Origin: Thermodesulfobacteriota bacterium
Lineage (GTDB): Bacteria; Desulfobacterota_D; UBA1144; Nemesobacterales; N074bin48
Reading direction: 5' to 3'
DNA length: 19,846 nt
Assembly: GCA_041572575.1 (NCBI GenBank)
Contig: JBFFSH010000045.1
Span: forward strand, 1-19,846
The first letter of the stretch is position 1. Every line of letters begins with the position of its first letter. This document shows, piece after piece, positions 16,818 to 19,846 of this stretch. The position numbers were made by a program, and so were the translations under genes. The notes under the pieces were generated by a model. That model worked only from the letters and a program-made list of their open reading frames with translations. It was not told the DNA's origin and made no database searches.

Positions 16818-18464
16818 TTATAGTAATTTCAAGATAGCTTTATCCCGCTTGTAAATATCATTCATAAAATACACATTGCCATTTTTATCCGCAGAGGCTG
16901 TCCAGTATAGAATCATAATGGGGACGGGTTTATCGAGGAATACCGTCCTGGTTTTTCGTTTATCAACAACCTTTTGAATATTTTGCCGGTTCCACTTCTC
17001 ATTATCATTTAGCAGTAATTCTGCAAGCTCGAATGGTTTTTCCACGCGAATGCAACCGGAGCTAAATGTTTTAATGTCCTTATTAAACAGCGATCTGTTG
17101 GGAGTATCATGAAGGTAAACAAAATGGTCGTTTGGAAAAATGAATTTAACCCTCCCAAGCGCATTTCTTCTGCCGGGTTTTTGCCTTATACTATAGGGAA
17201 CATTTGCTGAATATCTTGCCCAGTTAATAGAATAGGGAGATACTTTCCTTCCGTTATAATCATAAACATTAAAGCCTCTTCTTGTAAGATATCCGGGATT
17301 TCTTTTGATTATGGGCAGTATATCTTTTCTGAAAATTCCGGGTGGCACAGACCATGTGGGATTGAATACAAGGTGCTGAATTTCGGATTTAAAAACCGGT
17401 GTTTTTCTATATGGTTTTCCAACCTGAATTCTTGAAGTCCACAGTATTTCACCGTTATCAGCATAATAAGCTTTGAATCCTGCGATATTAACTATGACAA
17501 ATTTTTGATCTGCATTATTTAGCACCCATCTTGCACGCTCAAGGTTTACTTTAATCTGATCAATCCTGTCATCTACGCCTATATTTAATTCTTTTAGTGT
17601 ATTAGGACCGATCACTCCATCTGTGATAAGGTTATGATGAAGCTGAAATTTCTTTACGGCTTCTACGAGCTGCTCATCGTACTGCACAGTCTCAAAATTT
17701 TGAGAACTGGATAGATGACCAGTAACAAGCAGTCTGTCTCTCAGTGCCTGTACTCTCTTGTCATACATTCCGGGCTTAAGGATTCTGCCACCAGCAACCT
17801 TAACCCAGCCGCCGTTTTTCTTATATTCCTTATAAGTGCTAAGAGCCTTTTTTAAAGTATTATAATAACCAAGACTTGGTTTTTGCGAATCTATAAATTC
17901 ATAAAGATTTGTAGATTCGAGCGCCTTTGTTAGAAGCATATACCTACTTGGAGTTGCAAATTTATCTATATCCCACTCAGATTTGAGACTTTTGGGATCA
18001 ATTTTACCGTTTTGCAAATGATCAAATAGTTTTGACAAGGAATAGGATAGCAATATTTCAAGATCAGCCTTATTTTCAATCTTTGCCAGATTTCCGGATT
18101 CTTCTGCTTTAATTAAATCAATTATCTCTGTATAAAAATAATCTTCTTTCCGCAGTCCTTCTGTTTCTATTTCATAAAGAGACTTCATCAGATAATTTAT
18201 GTCCATGTTCTCCCAGGCAGGTTTAAATCCCCGGGACTTATAAAAACTTGCAAGTGTTGTCTTTGGTGAAATTAGTACATCCCCAATACGAAGTTTATGT
18301 TTGGAGTCCAGTTTATATTTGATTACACCTGCAACCGAGTCTGTATCCTGCTGCTCATTTACCGCATGAGATGCAATGCTAAAAAATACAGCAAAGACTA
18401 AAGCAAAAATTATATATTTTATAGTTTCAGATTTTTTGTAAATTGGGAAATAAGATTTTAACAT
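16818..18464 (-). CDS. L,D-transpeptidase, YcbB/LdtD type (scaffold + PG-binding + YkuD domain)
   Basis: N-terminal hydrophobic signal; AVKKFQLHHNLITDGVIGPNT PG-binding domain; NLERARW, VNIAGF, VGKPYRKTP, NPTWSVP, NALGRVKFIFPN and the catalytic YLHDTP...SSGCIRV. ATG at 18464 (TTG alternative at 18467). Confidence 0.93.
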   Translation of the reverse strand: MLKSYFPIYKKSETIKYIIFALVFAVFFSIASHAVNEQQDTDSVAGVIKYKLDSKHKLRIGDVLISPKTTLASFYKSRGFKPAWENMDINYLMKSLYEIETEGLRKEDYFYTEIIDLIKAEESGNLAKIENKADLEILLSYSLSKLFDHLQNGKIDPKSLKSEWDIDKFATPSRYMLLTKALESTNLYEFIDSQKPSLGYYNTLKKALSTYKEYKKNGGWVKVAGGRILKPGMYDKRVQALRDRLLVTGHLSSSQNFETVQYDEQLVEAVKKFQLHHNLITDGVIGPNTLKELNIGVDDRIDQIKVNLERARWVLNNADQKFVIVNIAGFKAYYADNGEILWTSRIQVGKPYRKTPVFKSEIQHLVFNPTWSVPPGIFRKDILPIIKRNPGYLTRRGFNVYDYNGRKVSPYSINWARYSANVPYSIRQKPGRRNALGRVKFIFPNDHFVYLHDTPNRSLFNKDIKTFSSGCIRVEKPFELAELLLNDNEKWNRQNIQKVVDKRKTRTVFLDKPVPIMILYWTASADKNGNVYFMNDIYKRDKAILKLL

Positions 18465-18485
18465 CAATGAATAACAGTAATAATA

Positions 18486-19019
18486 TCAGTTAGAATTTTG
18501 GTCTATATATTTTTTTACATGCTGTCTATTATGAAGTTTTTTATTAACCTGATGCCTTTTATCAATTAAAAGTTTCATTGCCTGCTCTGTGCTATAGTTT
18601 TTAACACATACAAGCCAGCAAAACACAATTGTAGCGCTTCTGCCGCGTCCTGCCTTACAATGAATGTACACCTTCTCATCCTTATCCCTATACCGCTCAA
18701 TATTCAAAACACCTTTTGCAATAGCTTCAACACCTGGGCATGTAAAATCTATTGTTGGTATATTACAATAATCAATTTTATATTTTTTGTAAAGTGCTGT
18801 GGGGCCACTGCTTTCAGCACAAAGATTAACAACACATTTGACCCCCATCTCGCTCAGCCTCGAGACATCAGAGCTAAATGGGATTGCCCCAAGGATTACA
18901 CAGTCGTCTATTTCATCCCACCAGTTTCTTGTTTTTAATACTCTGCCAAGAAAAACTGTCCAAAGTAATGTTGGATAAAACAGCAGATACGCTATAAGTG
19001 CTTTTAACTTTTTCAACAA
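18486..19019 (-). CDS. PTPMT1-like dual-specificity phosphatase (putative phosphatidylglycerophosphatase)
   Basis: CX5R loop YIHCKAGRGRSAT; N-terminal LLFYPTLLW...WWDEID..VILGAIPF and PTIDF, all characteristic of PTPMT1. TTG start at 19019 or 19016. Confidence 0.85.
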   Translation of the reverse strand: MLKKLKALIAYLLFYPTLLWTVFLGRVLKTRNWWDEIDDCVILGAIPFSSDVSRLSEMGVKCVVNLCAESSGPTALYKKYKIDYCNIPTIDFTCPGVEAIAKGVLNIERYRDKDEKVYIHCKAGRGRSATIVFCWLVCVKNYSTEQAMKLLIDKRHQVNKKLHNRQHVKKYIDQNSN

Positions 19020-19378
19020 CTACTCTGCTCTACAAGCTCAATTTTGTCTTCGGCATTTGGCACAACACATATAAACACAAAAGGCTCATCACCCAAACAT
19101 TCATACCAGTGTGGAGTTTCTGCAGGTATAAAGACAGTATCATCCTTCTTAACTTCATAGGTTTTATCCCCAATGCCTATTCTTGCCCTTCCGCCTAGAA
19201 CATACTGCTCATGTTCTACAGAGTTTTTGTGTCTTGGCATCGATCCTCCAGGCTCTATCACAAACCTTCTCATAGCAAAGTTGGGTGCCTGATCTGAACC
19301 GATTAGTACCTGCCTTGTGGTATCCTTGCCGGCTGAGACTTCTTCACTTTCTATTTCATTTATATTTTTTACAGACAT
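19013..19378 (-). CDS. Cupin domain protein
   Basis: APNFAMRRFVIEPGGSMPRHKNSVEHEQYVLGG and VFIPAETPHWY cupin motifs 1 and 2. Confidence 0.9.
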   Translation of the reverse strand: MSVKNINEIESEEVSAGKDTTRQVLIGSDQAPNFAMRRFVIEPGGSMPRHKNSVEHEQYVLGGRARIGIGDKTYEVKKDDTVFIPAETPHWYECLGDEPFVFICVVPNAEDKIELVEQSSC

Positions 19379-19413
19379 ATTCTTAATTAATTTAAACGAA
19401 ATTAGAAATATTT

Positions 19414-19846
19414 CTAACTAATTGAATTATGCATATTCCGGCTAGCTGAATAATTGACATAACCCAGGAGCGCACTCAAAGCATGCTGAACATAATCAAT
19501 TCTTATTTCAGTAACACGTCTATTAAAATTTCTTATAGTTACTGTGTCGCCATCGAGCTTTCTTAGTGCTCGCCTGTAAGCTCCGGCATACTGGCCTTCT
19601 TCTATTTGTGCTCTTTGAAGAAATGAGATGCCTCTATCAATAGCACTATTAATTCTCATAAATTCTCTATATTCATTAGGAAGAAAGGCACTTGCTGCAA
19701 GCAGACCTTCCAGTCGTATGGAGCTTGGTGTGATCCTTCCATCGACTGCAAATCCTCCTCTAAATTCCGAATATTTATGGCTTATGATCTGCTCATCTAT
19801 AATTTTCTCACATATACGTGCAGCATGGCTAATTAATAAATCCCTC
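19414..19846 (-). CDS. C-terminal part of a larger protein, probable alpha/alpha toroid fold (5' end beyond right edge)
   Basis: The frame stays open upstream of the 81-aa ORF to the window end: RDLLISHAARICEKIIDEQ...GGFAVDGRITPSSIRLEGLLAA...AIDRGISFLQRAQIEEGQYAGAY...EIRIDYVQHALSAL. The FLxxxQxxxG repeat resembles prenyltransferase/toroid QW-like motifs. Confidence 0.7.
   Translation of the reverse strand, partial: RDLLISHAARICEKIIDEQIISHKYSEFRGGFAVDGRITPSSIRLEGLLAASAFLPNEYREFMRINSAIDRGISFLQRAQIEEGQYAGAYRRALRKLDGDTVTIRNFNRRVTEIRIDYVQHALSALLGYVNYSASRNMHNSIS

Noticed and set aside
18660..19198. + strand ORFs 18660-18938 and 18998-19198
   Set aside because: Antisense shadows of the phosphatase and cupin genes.

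Overview
AT-rich bacterial chromosomal window, mostly housekeeping genes and almost all on the minus strand. I see no mobile element, RNA gene or CRISPR array. From left to right: the 5' part of nuoF (missed by the ORF track, runs off the left edge), a geranylgeranyl-reductase-family flavoprotein, lhgO, a CarD/CdnL regulator, a nucleotide pyrophosphatase/phosphodiesterase-type enzyme, glnE, a small hypothetical, priA, an exported MsrA and a PiT-family transporter. These are followed by a secreted LprI/DUF1311 + low-complexity linker + Kunitz/BPTI fusion protein. The window ends with a tightly packed run: STAS protein, beta-CASP MBL nuclease, membrane protein, YcbB/LdtD-type L,D-transpeptidase, PTPMT1-like phosphatase, cupin and a truncated helical-toroid-like protein. 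The most unusual items are the LprI-Kunitz fusion (a possible dual lysozyme/protease inhibitor with Glu at P1) and the PTPMT1-like phosphatase next to an L,D-transpeptidase. Also notable are nuoF heading its own transcription unit with a variant Fe-S motif, and interdigitated divergent promoters at lhgO/carD. CdnL-type CarD plus GlnE tentatively suggests a deltaproteobacterial-like (Desulfobacterota-related) host; this is inference only. No complete multi-gene novel system is demonstrable from sequence alone.
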